Part shown: positions 58,434 to 59,103 of the stretch, piece by piece
Numbering within the stretch: position 1 is the stretch's first letter
Layout: each line of letters begins with the position of its first letter
Assembly (NCBI GenBank): GCA_038328755.1
Contig: JBBQMH010000006.1
Span: forward strand, 1 to 59,103
DNA from: Candidatus Limnocylindrales bacterium
Lineage (GTDB): Bacteria > Chloroflexota > Limnocylindria > Limnocylindrales > CSP1-4
Length of the DNA stretch: 59,103 nt
Direction of reading: 5' to 3'
Notes under the pieces: generated by a model
What the model was told of the DNA's origin: nothing
The model's input: only the letters and a program-made list of their open reading frames with translations
Database searches by the model: none
Made by a program: the position numbers and the translations under genes

Positions 58434-59102
58434 CTAGCCGCCGACCTCGCCCTCGTGCATGGCGCCAGCTGCCGCTGCTTCCCGGGCCAGGCCAAGACCC
58501 CGGAGGCTCACCTCCGCGACGGCCTCACTGAAGATCCGCGCCGCCGTTTCCATTTCCGTCTCGGTCACGGTCAGGGCCGGCGACATCCGGACTGTCGACT
58601 TCCCGCATTCGAGGACCAGGAGTCCGCGCTGGAAGCAGCCCCACTGGACCTCCTCCGCATGGAGGGCGGTGTCGAACTCGACCCCGATCATGAGCCCGCG
58701 TCCCCGAACCTCCCGGATAAGGGACGGGTAGCGCTCCGCAAGAGAGCGCAGGCGCGTCATGGCCTGGGCCCCGCGAGCCCGGGCGTTGTCGATCAATCCA
58801 TCCTCGATGAGGTCGATGGTCGCCAGCGCCGCCGCGCAGGCCACGGGATTGCCGCCGTATGTGGACCCATGAGCCCCGGCAGTCCACTTCTCCATGAGGT
58901 CCGCCCGCGCGATCATCGCGCCGAGCGGCATGCCCGAGGCAATGCCCTTGGCGGTCAGCAGAATGTCCGGCTTGACGTCCCACAGATCGACCGCCCACAT
59001 CGCCCCGGTCCGTCCAGCGCCGGACTGGATCTCGTCCGCGATGAGGAGGATTCCGTGCTTGTCGCAGAGTTCGCGGAGGCCGGGCAGGAAGCCATCCTCG
59101 GG
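58434..59102 (-). CDS. Class III aminotransferase (GABA/acetylornithine-type), 5' end outside the window
   Basis: LIADEIQSGAGRTG, TAKGIASGMPLG, HGSTYGGNP, VRGRGLMIG. Confidence 0.9.
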   Translation of the reverse strand, partial: PEDGFLPGLRELCDKHGILLIADEIQSGAGRTGAMWAVDLWDVKPDILLTAKGIASGMPLGAMIARADLMEKWTAGAHGSTYGGNPVACAAALATIDLIEDGLIDNARARGAQAMTRLRSLAERYPSLIREVRGRGLMIGVEFDTALHAEEVQWGCFQRGLLVLECGKSTVRMSPALTVTETEMETAARIFSEAVAEVSLRGLGLAREAAAAGAMHEGEVGG

Positions 59103-59103
59103 A

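Overview
High-GC bacterial chromosomal window. Gene style suggests a monoderm soil or sediment organism such as Chloroflexota or Actinomycetota (inference only). I saw no rRNA, tRNA, CRISPR array, integrase or transposase. Positions 1-14.4 kb hold ordinary genes: Eis-like GNAT, orphan RND pump, NUDIX, YcaQ, OsmC, ECF/anti-sigma, O-methyltransferase, phosphotriesterase-like, MMPL and a class III aminotransferase. Positions 15-58 kb are an apparent hypoxia/fermentation island. It contains a membrane-bound group 1 [NiFe]-hydrogenase operon running into hypA/hypC/EamA/DUF6390 and an ArsR-DsrE-TusA-DsrE-TusA-SQR sulfur cluster. It also has a four-subunit Vor-type 2-oxoacid:ferredoxin oxidoreductase, a split NifJ-type PFOR interrupted by a CBS gene, and a GH13 glucosidase. 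Further on are a group 3b hydrogenase with fused beta-gamma subunit, CoA-transferases, a DosR/DosS-like pair and a USP. A DosR-box-like 14-mer (GGGACCTTCGGCCC and variants) recurs upstream of most of these operons. The most unusual element is an embedded two-gene unit. The first gene encodes a soluble-adenylyl-cyclase-like double cyclase-STAND NTPase-TPR protein. The second encodes a 2112-aa secreted gingipain-like (C25) protein carrying 17 perfect GNPSYI hexapeptides written with diverse synonymous codons.
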